DNA from: Actinomycetota bacterium
GTDB taxonomy: Bacteria; Actinomycetota; CADDZG01; JAHWKV01
Assembly: GCA_036260105.1 (NCBI GenBank)
Contig: DATAAN010000072.1
Location: 1 to 36,252 of the forward strand
Length of the DNA stretch: 36,252 nt
Direction of reading: 5' to 3'
The position numbers were made by a program, and so were the translations under genes. Positions 27,073 through 35,502 of the stretch are shown one piece after another (position 1 is the first letter of the stretch; the number at the start of each line of letters is the position of its first letter). The notes under the pieces were generated by a model, which made no database searches, had not been told where the DNA came from, and worked only from the letters and a program-made list of their open reading frames with translations.

Positions 27073-28311
27073 TTGACGACCTCCGCGCGCTCTTTATCGG
27101 CCGCCGATGTCACCGGCCATATCCGGTCCACGATTTTCACCTGCTCGGTTGAGGGGCGGGTAGGCGCCGAGACCGAGTGGTTCCCGGTCTACGAGGACAA
27201 CCCCTCCGCATACGTCCCGCTGGACGAGCTCAGGCGGATCCTCGACCTCTCCTGCGGATTGCCCTGCGGCGGCAATCTCAGCTTCGAGCCCGGCGGGCAG
27301 ATCGAGATCAGCTCCGTCCCAGGGGGCTCGGTTGCCGCCACCTGCTCCGCCATCGCCGGCGACCTGGCGTGCGTACGCGAGCGCCTGGCGGCTCACGGCA
27401 TAAAGCTCGTCGGCGTCGGGCTCGACCCTCTGCGGCCGGGCCGGCGGGTCCTGGACGTCCCGCGCTACGAGGCGATGGAGGCCTACTTCGACGCCGGCTG
27501 GCCGGAGGGGCGGGCCATGATGAGGGCTACCGCCTCTGTGCACGTGAACCTGGACACGGACAATATCGCCGATGGAGCGGCCCGCTGGCGGCTCGTCCAC
27601 GCCCTCGGCCCCACCTTCTGCGCTGCCTTTGCCAACTCCGCCATCGCCCGGGGCCGCCCCACCGGGTTCAAGTCATCCCGGCTGGCGCTCTGGCAGGCGC
27701 TGGACCCCTCGCGGACCCGTCCCACGCCGCCAGTCGGCGATCCGGTCGACGTCTGGTCCAGGTATGCGCTCGAGGCCCGTGTCATGTTCATTCGGACGCC
27801 GTCCGGTGCGGAGCCCGTGGCGCAGAGGCTCACCTTCGGCGAGTGGATCCAGCGCGGGCACCCGCTCGGCTACCCCGACCTGGACGACCTGCGGGTGCAC
27901 CTCACCACGCTCTTCCCGCCCATCCGGCCGAGGGGCTGGCTGGAGCTGAGGATGATCGACGCCCTTCCCGACCCGTGGTGGCGGGTCCCCATCGCCGTGG
28001 CGTCGATGGTCTACGACCGCAAGGCGGTGAGGCTCGTCGACGAGCTGGTCGAGCCCACAGCCGACCTGTGGGAGGTGGCGGCTCGGCAGGGCATGGAGAA
28101 CGAGCTCTTGTCGGAAACTGCGCAGGCCTGCTTCGCCGTCGCCCTGGACGCCCTGGAGAGATTGGGCGTGGACGACGTCACCGCTTCGGTCGTGGAGGCC
28201 TACAACCGCAAGTTTGTCCAGAAGGGCCGCTCGCCGGCCGACGAGCAGCTGGAAGCCTGGGCACGGGGAGGAGATCTGCTGGAACCGGACATGGAGGAGA
28301 CATGGACGTAA
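27073..28311 (+). CDS. egtA: glutamate-cysteine ligase EgtA (GCS2 family)
   Basis: GCS2-like core: GRVGAETEWF, LSFEPGGQIEIS, SVHVNLD, LFPPIRPRGWLELRMID. The gene sits in egtABCD context. The track start (26941) adds 44 codons of which only 19 end in G/C, so I prefer the TTG at 27073. Confidence 0.8.
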   Translation: MTTSARSLSAADVTGHIRSTIFTCSVEGRVGAETEWFPVYEDNPSAYVPLDELRRILDLSCGLPCGGNLSFEPGGQIEISSVPGGSVAATCSAIAGDLACVRERLAAHGIKLVGVGLDPLRPGRRVLDVPRYEAMEAYFDAGWPEGRAMMRATASVHVNLDTDNIADGAARWRLVHALGPTFCAAFANSAIARGRPTGFKSSRLALWQALDPSRTRPTPPVGDPVDVWSRYALEARVMFIRTPSGAEPVAQRLTFGEWIQRGHPLGYPDLDDLRVHLTTLFPPIRPRGWLELRMIDALPDPWWRVPIAVASMVYDRKAVRLVDELVEPTADLWEVAARQGMENELLSETAQACFAVALDALERLGVDDVTASVVEAYNRKFVQKGRSPADEQLEAWARGGDLLEPDMEETWT

Positions 28312-29588
28312 AGGAGAGGGCAGCCCTGGGGCTGGAGACGGTCCGCCGGAGGTCTCTTAGCCTGGTGGATCCGGTTCCGGAAGAAGACCTGGTCGCTCAG
28401 CACTCACCGCTTATGTCGCCCCTGGTGTGGGACCTCGCCCACGTCGGCAATTACGAGGAGATCTGGCTGCTGCGCACCATCGCCGGCCTGCCCGCGCGGA
28501 ATCCGCAGCTGGACGACATATACGACGCCTTCAAGCACGCCCGCAAGGAGCGCACGCGTCTCAAGCTCCTGGACCCGTCCCAGTCGCGCGTCTACATCTC
28601 GGACGTCAGGGGCCAGGTGCTGGACACGTTGGACCGGCTCGAGCTAGATCCCGCGAACCCGCTGCTCGCTGAGGGCTACGTTTACGGCATGGTCATCCAG
28701 CACGAGCACCAGCACGACGAGACCATGCTGGCCACCCTGCAGCTCAGGAAAGGCGAGTACCCGGTCGCCGAGCCGGTTCCGGTGGCCCCACCGCCGGTCG
28801 GTCCGAGGGAGGTGCTCGTGCCGGCCGGCAGCTTCGTGCTGGGCACCAGCACCGAGCCCTGGGCCTACGACAACGAGCGCCCGGCCCACGAGGTCCATCT
28901 CGACGGGTTCTGGATCGACGTCTTCCCCGTCACCAATGCCGAGTACCTGCAATTCATGGAGGACGGCGGGTACCAGCAGCCCCGCTGGTGGACGGAGCGT
29001 GGCTGGGCCTGGCGCCTGGAGCAGAACGCCGAGCATCCGCAGTTCTGGCACCGTGATGCCGGCAGCTGGTCCCGGACCCGCTTCGGCCGCAACGAGAAGC
29101 TTCCGCTGGACGAGCCGGTGCAGCACGTCTGCTGGTACGAGGCCGATGCGTACGCCCGCTGGGCCGGCAAGAGGCTGCCGGCCGAGGCCGAGTGGGAGAA
29201 GGCTGCGTCCTGGGACCCGGCCGCGGGCCGGAAGCTGCGTTATCCCTGGGGCGACGCCGATCCGACGGCGGAGCTGGCGAACCTGGAGCAGCGGTACTTC
29301 CGCCCGTCGCCCGCCGGTAGCTACCAGGCCGGGGCAAGCCCCTACGGCTGCCTGCAGCTGATCGGCGATGTCTGGGAGTGGACCTCGTCCGACTTCTTGC
29401 CTTATCCCGGCTCCGTGGCGTTTCCGTACCGCGAGTACTCCGAGGTCTTCTACGGCGGCGATTACAAGGTGCTCCGGGGCGGCTCGTGGGCGACCCATCC
29501 GGCGGCGGTCAGGAACACCTTCCGCAACTGGGACTACCCGATCCGCCGGCAGATCTTCTCCGGCTTTCGCTGCGCCAGGGACGCCTGA
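28302..29588 (+). CDS. egtB: hercynine/gamma-glutamylcysteine sulfoxide synthase EgtB (DinB_2 + FGE-sulfatase domains)
   Basis: DinB-like N-terminus: SPLVWDLAHVGNYEE, QHEHQHDETM. The FGE-type C-terminus has NAEY, WAGKRLPAEAEWEKAA, GDVWEWTSS, RGGSWAT. The ATG overlaps the egtA end by 10 nt. The 803-aa track ORF is this gene plus an out-of-frame shadow of egtA. Confidence 0.9.
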   Translation: MDVKERAALGLETVRRRSLSLVDPVPEEDLVAQHSPLMSPLVWDLAHVGNYEEIWLLRTIAGLPARNPQLDDIYDAFKHARKERTRLKLLDPSQSRVYISDVRGQVLDTLDRLELDPANPLLAEGYVYGMVIQHEHQHDETMLATLQLRKGEYPVAEPVPVAPPPVGPREVLVPAGSFVLGTSTEPWAYDNERPAHEVHLDGFWIDVFPVTNAEYLQFMEDGGYQQPRWWTERGWAWRLEQNAEHPQFWHRDAGSWSRTRFGRNEKLPLDEPVQHVCWYEADAYARWAGKRLPAEAEWEKAASWDPAAGRKLRYPWGDADPTAELANLEQRYFRPSPAGSYQAGASPYGCLQLIGDVWEWTSSDFLPYPGSVAFPYREYSEVFYGGDYKVLRGGSWATHPAAVRNTFRNWDYPIRRQIFSGFRCARDA

Positions 29589-29591
29589 CCG

Positions 29592-30353
29592 GTGTGTCGC
29601 CAGATGGCCTATGTCGGGCCTGCCGTGTCTTTGGAGAGCGTGGTCCTCCAGCCGGAGCACTCGCTGCTGCACCAGTCGTACCGGCCGAAGTTCCAGCGCC
29701 ACGGCACGGTCAACGCTGATGGTTTCGGCTGCGGCTGGTTCTCGCAGGCGAGGCCGGAGCCGGCCGTCTACCGGCGGGACAAGCCCATATGGAGCGACCG
29801 CTCCTTCGCCAGCATGGCCGGCGTCATCTCGTCGGGGGCCATCCTCGCCGCAGTGCGGGACGCCACGACGGGCAGCTCGGTGGAGGAGTCCAGCACCGCG
29901 CCTTTCACCGACTCGCACTGGCTGTTCGCGCACAACGGGCTGTTCCGCGGCTTTGACGGCCCTGAGGGCGTGGCGCTGCGGCGCATGCTGTCGGACCGCC
30001 GCACCGGCTCCATCCGGGGCACCAGCGACTCCGAGGTGCTGTTCGGGCTCATCCTCGACCGCATGGACGAGGGCGTGGCACCGATGGAGGCTCTGCGGTG
30101 GTGCGTCCGGCAGTGCCTGGAGCTTTCGAGCGGAGCGTTCAACTTCCTCCTCGTCGGTTCGCGCTCGATTTACGCCACCTGTGCCGGCGACTCCCTCTAC
30201 CTGCTGGAGGGTGGGTCGCGCACGCCCGGGGGCATCGTCGTGGCGTCGGAGCCGTTCGACGACGATCCCGGTTGGAGGCCGGTCCCGGAGATGTCGGCCC
30301 TCGAGGCGAACGGCGGCGTCGTGAGCCTCACACCCCTGGAGGCTGGCCGGTGA
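29592..30353 (+). CDS. egtC: gamma-glutamyl-hercynylcysteine sulfoxide hydrolase EgtC (class-II amidotransferase/Ntn fold)
   Basis: The GTG start gives M-C-R-Q-M-A-Y, with Cys2 as the Ntn nucleophile. The motifs NADGFG, HNG and SDSE are present. Confidence 0.9.
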   Translation: MCRQMAYVGPAVSLESVVLQPEHSLLHQSYRPKFQRHGTVNADGFGCGWFSQARPEPAVYRRDKPIWSDRSFASMAGVISSGAILAAVRDATTGSSVEESSTAPFTDSHWLFAHNGLFRGFDGPEGVALRRMLSDRRTGSIRGTSDSEVLFGLILDRMDEGVAPMEALRWCVRQCLELSSGAFNFLLVGSRSIYATCAGDSLYLLEGGSRTPGGIVVASEPFDDDPGWRPVPEMSALEANGGVVSLTPLEAGR

Positions 30354-31363
30354 GCTCTCCGGCCGGCGAGCCGGCCACGGTCACCCCGAACAAGAATCCC
30401 GGCTTGCAGACGCTGCTGCGCCCGGGAGATCTGGAGGCGCAGCTGCGGGCGGACGCTCTGGAGGGCCTCACGTCCACCCCGAAGCGCATCCCGTCCAAGT
30501 GGTTCTACGACTACGCCGGATCCCTGCTGTTCGACCAGATAACCCGGCTCCCCGAGTACTACCTGACGCGCTGCGAGCGGCAGATCCTCCGGGAGCGGGC
30601 CGCCGCCATCGTCGACGAGACCTCGGCAGAGGTGCTGGTCGAACTCGGTTGCGGCCTCTCCGAGAAGACGAAGATCCTGCTCGACGCCTTCCGGCGACGC
30701 GGGTCGCTCGGCCGCTTCGTCCCGTTCGACGTGGACGGAGAGGTCCTGGCGATGGCTGCGGGCCAGCTCACCGAGCGCTATCCCGGATTGGAGGTGGAGG
30801 GCATCGTCGGCGACTTCGAGCGCCACCTCTCCGCTCTCTCTCTGCCGGGACGGACCCTGGTGCTTTTTCTGGGCAGCACTATCGGCAACCTCGGCCGGTG
30901 CCAGCGAGCCGCCCTGCTGGCACAACTGTCGGCCAGCCTGGACCCCGGCGACTGGTTCCTGCTCGGCGTTGACCTGGTGAAGGACGTCGATGTCATCGAG
31001 GCGGCGTACAACGACTCCGCAGGGATATCGGCGGCCTTCAACCTGAACATGCTGAGCGTTCTGAACGCCCGGCTGGAAGCTGACTTCGACCTGCCCTCGT
31101 TCCTGCACCTCGCCCGGTTCAACCGGGACACCGAGCAGATGGAGATGTTTCTTCGTTCGGCCTGCGACCAGACGGTCCGGCTGCATGCGATAGACCTCGA
31201 GGTCGAGTTTGCCGAGGGGGAGCTGCTCCATACCGAGATCAGCGCCAAGTTCCGGCGGGAGGGACTTGAGGCGGAGCTGCGGGCAAGCGGCCTGGAGCCG
31301 CGCCGCTGGTGGACCGACTCGGAGCGGAACTTCGCCGTCTGCCTCTCGGAGAAACCACGATGA
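30350..31363 (+). CDS. egtD: L-histidine N-alpha-methyltransferase EgtD
   Basis: KWFYDYAGSLLFDQITRLPEYYLTRCE, the SAM motif ELGCGLSEKT, and FLGSTIGNL. The GTG at 30350 overlaps the egtC TGA (GTGA). Confidence 0.9.
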   Translation: MSSPAGEPATVTPNKNPGLQTLLRPGDLEAQLRADALEGLTSTPKRIPSKWFYDYAGSLLFDQITRLPEYYLTRCERQILRERAAAIVDETSAEVLVELGCGLSEKTKILLDAFRRRGSLGRFVPFDVDGEVLAMAAGQLTERYPGLEVEGIVGDFERHLSALSLPGRTLVLFLGSTIGNLGRCQRAALLAQLSASLDPGDWFLLGVDLVKDVDVIEAAYNDSAGISAAFNLNMLSVLNARLEADFDLPSFLHLARFNRDTEQMEMFLRSACDQTVRLHAIDLEVEFAEGELLHTEISAKFRREGLEAELRASGLEPRRWWTDSERNFAVCLSEKPR

Positions 31364-31515
31364 ACGGTTAACGGACAGGTTGTAACGAACCGGAACTATT
31401 AGAAGTCCTATAACGTTCTTAGGACTGGATCTAACTTCGAATAAATCTTTCGCGGTTCCTGCCGATTACTAAACCGCAAGATGGGCCCCGAGCCCCCAAG
31501 CGGGGAGGTATTCGA

Positions 31516-32220
31516 GTGTTGACCAGTCTGTTTTCTTCACTGTTCTCCAAGTTCAGCGCTGCCGCGCTGTTGGTGCTTGGAGCGGCTGCCGGTCTTGCGT
31601 TGACCGGAGCGTTTCCTGGAGTTACCCTCGTCGGTTTCCCCGCCCCGGCTGCGCCGGTCTCAGCCACCGGCGGGCAGGCGTCGACGGTGAACCTCGACTT
31701 CCCGACCTCCGTTCTGGCGCAGGCGGCACCGGCCGCGTTGCCCGAGGAGGTGGTTGAGGAAGTCGTCGTCGTCTCGGCCCCGCGGAGCGTTGCCCCCAGG
31801 CCGGCCGTCGCACCGCCGGCCGGAGCGGCGGCGCCGGCATGTGTTGCCGACGTGACGGCTGCTCTTGGCGCGGTCACCGCTGCGCTGCCCACCGTGACGA
31901 CCCCCGAGCAGGGGCAGGTTCTCCTCGGCCAGGCGGGCGCTCTCGGTTCGGCGGCAAACGTCTGCCTCGCAGAAGCTCAGAAGGTCGGCTTCGCCGGCGT
32001 AGACCAGCTCGTAAACCAGGTGAACGCCGTGGTGGGGCAGGTTCAGGCTCTTCCGGTCGTCGCCGCCCTCACGCCTCAGCAGGTTGCCGAGGCGCCGAAC
32101 CTGGCGGGCGGGATCGTGGGCGGTGTTGGGACTCTGGTCGGCGGGACGCTGAACCTGGTGGGCCAGGGAGTGGGACTCCTCGGCAACGGCCTCAACTTTC
32201 TGGCCAACGCAGGCAAATAA
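31516..32220 (+). CDS. hypothetical exported Ala/Val/Gly-rich protein with a C-terminal glycine-zipper-like tail
   Basis: The GTG start has GGAGG 7 nt upstream. The N-terminus has a hydrophobic signal or anchor (AAALLVLGAAAGLALTGA). There are two Cys. The C-terminus is GGIVGGVGTLVGGTLNLVGQGVGLLGNGLNFL. Confidence 0.6.
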   Translation: MLTSLFSSLFSKFSAAALLVLGAAAGLALTGAFPGVTLVGFPAPAAPVSATGGQASTVNLDFPTSVLAQAAPAALPEEVVEEVVVVSAPRSVAPRPAVAPPAGAAAPACVADVTAALGAVTAALPTVTTPEQGQVLLGQAGALGSAANVCLAEAQKVGFAGVDQLVNQVNAVVGQVQALPVVAALTPQQVAEAPNLAGGIVGGVGTLVGGTLNLVGQGVGLLGNGLNFLANAGK

Positions 32221-32263
32221 CCCGTTCCCTCGCTGAGGGGACGCTTCCAAAGGAGATTTCTCA

Positions 32264-32926
32264 ATGAACCTCAAGTTTGTCGCGGGCAAAGCAGCCCTCA
32301 ACGTGGTGGTGTCAGTAACGCTGTTGGTGGCGGGCGTGACCGGTGGTGTGGCCTACGGGATGCTGCAGGGGACGGCCTCGCCACCGCCGGCCGGCTCGAC
32401 CAACCGGATCGCCAGCTTCAACGAACCGGTGCAGCACTTCGCCATGGCCGGGATTATCGTGCAGGAGGCGACCGTTGCTCCGGCAGCCCGCAAGACCGTG
32501 CGAAAGGTCGTCACCCAGACGGCTGCCGGGCGCTCCGGCGATGCAGCCGGCGGCGTGGGCGGCGGGACGGCAGGCACGACGGCGGCCGGTGGAGCAGCGA
32601 ATGCGGCCGGCGAGAGGCCCTGCAGCTCCGCCCGACTGGACGACAAGAAGGTGAACTGGCTGATCGGTCTGGTCGGCAAGGCGGAGGCATCCAACCCGGA
32701 CCAGGCAGCTGTGGCCGATCGGGCCGAGGCGTCGCTTCGCAGCGCACTCGGGAAGAATCTGTGCGCCGACGAGGCCCAGCTCCACTTCGACACCATGTGC
32801 GCCGACGCGGCAACGAAGAGGTTCATGGGCCTCATGGTCAAAGAGCTGCCCTTCTTCGTCCGCCCGCTGGTCGGCGACCCGTGCGGCCACGACCTGGTAG
32901 CAGCTGCGGAGAAGTGGCTCCCGTAG
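32264..32926 (+). CDS. hypothetical membrane-anchored protein with a four-Cys C-terminal domain
   Basis: The ATG has AAGGAG 8 nt upstream. A TM helix (ALNVVVSVTLLVAGVTGGVAYG) and a Gly/Ala linker are followed by a helical domain of about 100 aa containing 4 Cys. Confidence 0.6.
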   Translation: MNLKFVAGKAALNVVVSVTLLVAGVTGGVAYGMLQGTASPPPAGSTNRIASFNEPVQHFAMAGIIVQEATVAPAARKTVRKVVTQTAAGRSGDAAGGVGGGTAGTTAAGGAANAAGERPCSSARLDDKKVNWLIGLVGKAEASNPDQAAVADRAEASLRSALGKNLCADEAQLHFDTMCADAATKRFMGLMVKELPFFVRPLVGDPCGHDLVAAAEKWLP

Positions 32927-32942
32927 CCCCAGCCGCGTGCTC

Positions 32943-32973
32943 GAGGCCGCACTCGCCAGAGGGGTGCGGCCTC
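32943..32973 (+). terminator. terminator-like hairpin after the two orphan genes
   Basis: A 10-bp perfect stem GAGGCCGCAC / GTGCGGCCTC with an 11-nt loop, followed by TTCGCGC (a poor U tract). Confidence 0.45.
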
Positions 32974-33144
32974 TTCGCGCTCCCCGGGAGCTGGCTGGTT
33001 CGGGTAATCTAGCGTGTCTCGCAACTTGCCCAGGACCTAAGGCCCCAGCGCGGCAAGTTGGCCGGCCGGACGCATTCGAGCGTTCCAGCCCAACGATCCA
33101 GCCGGCTGCCTTGACGGGACCTGAGACTGGAGGAGCAGATCTAA

Positions 33145-35463
33145 ATGGCACGTTCAAGCGTTTCCGGATTTCCGCGCATCGGCCCCCGGCGCGAGCTGAA
33201 GTTTGCCACCGAGGGGTACTGGAAGGGCAAGACCTCCGCAGATGAGCTGGCACAGGTCGGATCGGACCTGCGGCGCCGGAACTGGGAGCTCATGCGGGAA
33301 GCCGGAGTGGACCTGATCCCGTCCGGCGACTTCACCTTCTACGACCAGGTGCTGGACGCCATCGCCATGGTCGGCGCGGTGCCGGCCCGCTATGGCCACC
33401 GCGGAGGAGAGGTCGACCTCGACACCTACTTCGCTATGGCACGGGGTCGCCAGACCGAGGGCGTCGACGTCGTTGCCATGGAGATGACCAAGTGGTTCAA
33501 CACGAACTACCACTACATCGTCCCCGAGCTCGGACCGGAGACGCGATTCACTCTCAGCAGCGACAAGCCGGTGGCTCACTACCTGGAGGCCAAGGCGCTG
33601 GGCATCGAAACCGTGCCGGTGCTGGTTGGCCCGGTCACCTTCCTTCTGCTCGCCAAGCCGGCGCCCGAGGTGGCCGCGGACTTCGACACGCTTTCGGTGC
33701 TCGACTCGCTTCTGGACGTCTACGAGGAGGTGCTCACCCGCCTCGGTGCCGAAGGTGCGGAGTGGGTGCAGATGGACGAGCCGGCCTTCGTCCAGGACCG
33801 GGGCGCTGCAGAGCTCGATGCCCTTCGGGCGGCCTACGAGCGGCTGGGCCGGCTGGAGGGCCGCCCGAAGATCGTGGTCAAGACCTACTTCGACCACGCC
33901 GGCGAGGCCTACCCCGTCCTGCGGGAGCTGCCGGTTGAGGGCGTCGGTTTGGACTTCGTCGCCGGAGGAGACAACGAGCGGCTGATCGCCGAGCACGGAG
34001 GCGTGGAGGGCAAAACGCTGTTCGCCGGGGTGGTCAACGGCCGCAACATCTGGATCAACGACTTCGCCGCCACGCTGGATCTGCTGGACCGCCTGAAGGA
34101 CAAGGCGGCGGAAGTGGTCGTCGCTACTTCCTCATCGCTGCAGCACGTTCCCGTGGATAAGGAGCTGGAGACGGACCTCGATCCAGAGATCGGTCAGTGG
34201 CTCACCTTTGCCGTCCAGAAGGTCGGGGAGCTCGTCACGGTCGCCAGGGGATTCTCCGACGGGCGCGACGCCATCGCAACGGAGCTGGAACAGAACCGGG
34301 CGACCCTGGAGGCTCGCCGCAACTCCGCCCGGTCGGTGAACCCGGAGGTTCGCAGGCGGGTTCAGGCCCTTACCGACCGGGACTTTTCCCGGCCGTCCGG
34401 CTACGCCGACCGCTCGGCGGTGCAGCAGGCGGAGCTCAACCTGCCTCTGTTCCCGACGACGACCATCGGCTCCTACCCGCAGACCGACGAGATCCGCCGG
34501 GCCCGGGCGCTCCTACGGTCGGGCTCGATCACCCCCGAGCAGTATGCCGAGGAGATGAGGCGCGAGGTGGAGCGGGTCATCCGGTTCCAGGAGAAGCTCG
34601 ACATCGACGTCCTGGTTCACGGCGAGCCGGAGCGCAACGACATGGTGCAGTACTTCGCCGAGCAGATGGACGGCTACCTGTTCACGACCAACGGGTGGGT
34701 CCAGTCGTACGGCAGCCGCTACGTCCGCCCGCCGGTTATCTACGGTGACGTCTCACGGCCCCAGCCGATGACGCTCGAGTGGCTGAAGTACGCCCAGTCC
34801 CTGACCGACCGCCCCGTGAAGGGCATGCTGACCGGGCCGGTGACCATGCTCGTATGGTCCTTCGTGCGCGACGACCAGCCCTGGGAGGACACGTGCATCC
34901 AGCTGGCGCTGGCCATCCGTGACGAGGTCAACGACCTCGAGGCGGCCGGCTTCCACGTGATCCAGGTGGACGAAGCCGCCCTTCGGGAGGGCATGCCTTT
35001 GCGGGCCGACAGGGCCCGCCGGTACCTGGACTGGGCCGTCCGCTGCTTTCGGCTAACCACGTCGGGAGTCGCCGACAAGACCAACATCCAGATGCATATG
35101 TGCTACTCGGAGTTCGGCGACATCATCGACGCCATCGACAACCTCGATGCCGACGTCGCCCTCATCGAGGCCGCCCGCTCCAACATGGAGCTCCTGGACG
35201 ACTTCGCGAACGCCGGCTACTCCAGGGCAGTTGGGCCCGGCGTGTACGACATCCACTCCCCGAGGGTGCCGTCCGTCGACGAGATGGCCGAAAAGCTGCG
35301 GGTTGCCGCAAGCAAGCTTGACCGCCGCTGGATCTGGGTAAATCCGGATTGCGGCCTCAAGACAAGGGGCTGGGCAGAGACGGAGCCGAGTCTCAAGAAC
35401 ATGGTCCAGGCAGCGGCCCAACTCCGAGAGGAGTTCGCAGCATTGGAGGGTTCCTCGGCCTAG
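33145..35463 (+). CDS. metE: cobalamin-independent methionine synthase (5-methyltetrahydropteroyltriglutamate-homocysteine S-methyltransferase)
   Basis: Full-length two-barrel MetE (772 aa): GFPRIG.RRELK, TKWFNTNYHY, IGSYPQT.EIR, HGEPERNDMVQYF, IQVDE.ALRE, HMCYSEF, NPDCGLKTR (zinc ligands). Confidence 0.95.
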   Translation: MARSSVSGFPRIGPRRELKFATEGYWKGKTSADELAQVGSDLRRRNWELMREAGVDLIPSGDFTFYDQVLDAIAMVGAVPARYGHRGGEVDLDTYFAMARGRQTEGVDVVAMEMTKWFNTNYHYIVPELGPETRFTLSSDKPVAHYLEAKALGIETVPVLVGPVTFLLLAKPAPEVAADFDTLSVLDSLLDVYEEVLTRLGAEGAEWVQMDEPAFVQDRGAAELDALRAAYERLGRLEGRPKIVVKTYFDHAGEAYPVLRELPVEGVGLDFVAGGDNERLIAEHGGVEGKTLFAGVVNGRNIWINDFAATLDLLDRLKDKAAEVVVATSSSLQHVPVDKELETDLDPEIGQWLTFAVQKVGELVTVARGFSDGRDAIATELEQNRATLEARRNSARSVNPEVRRRVQALTDRDFSRPSGYADRSAVQQAELNLPLFPTTTIGSYPQTDEIRRARALLRSGSITPEQYAEEMRREVERVIRFQEKLDIDVLVHGEPERNDMVQYFAEQMDGYLFTTNGWVQSYGSRYVRPPVIYGDVSRPQPMTLEWLKYAQSLTDRPVKGMLTGPVTMLVWSFVRDDQPWEDTCIQLALAIRDEVNDLEAAGFHVIQVDEAALREGMPLRADRARRYLDWAVRCFRLTTSGVADKTNIQMHMCYSEFGDIIDAIDNLDADVALIEAARSNMELLDDFANAGYSRAVGPGVYDIHSPRVPSVDEMAEKLRVAASKLDRRWIWVNPDCGLKTRGWAETEPSLKNMVQAAAQLREEFAALEGSSA

Positions 35464-35502
35464 CCGTCCTCGGGAAACGGGCGAAGGGCATAAGGTGACG
35501 AG

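Noticed and set aside
27177-28301. The N-terminal 375 aa of the 803-aa track ORF (27177..29588), which would make a giant EgtB fusion.
   Set aside because: That part is an Arg/Pro/Gly-rich out-of-frame shadow of egtA. The recognisable EgtB sequence begins at the internal ATG 28302 (MDVKERAALG...), which overlaps the egtA stop by 10 nt.
28644-29933. A 429-aa minus-strand ORF antisense to egtB and egtC.
   Set aside because: Shadow frame. The plus strand encodes recognisable DinB, FGE and Ntn-amidotransferase motifs.
30098-30349. An N-terminal extension of the EgtD ORF that overlaps egtC.
   Set aside because: The extension is Arg/Pro-rich and lies out of frame over the well-supported egtC. The GTG at 30350 forms a GTGA overlap with the egtC stop and gives a normal EgtD N-terminus.
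32974-33144. Calling a cobalamin riboswitch upstream of metE.
   Set aside because: The context is right, but I could not find the GCCACTG core or a full B12 box. It is kept only as an unclassified structured leader in the findings.
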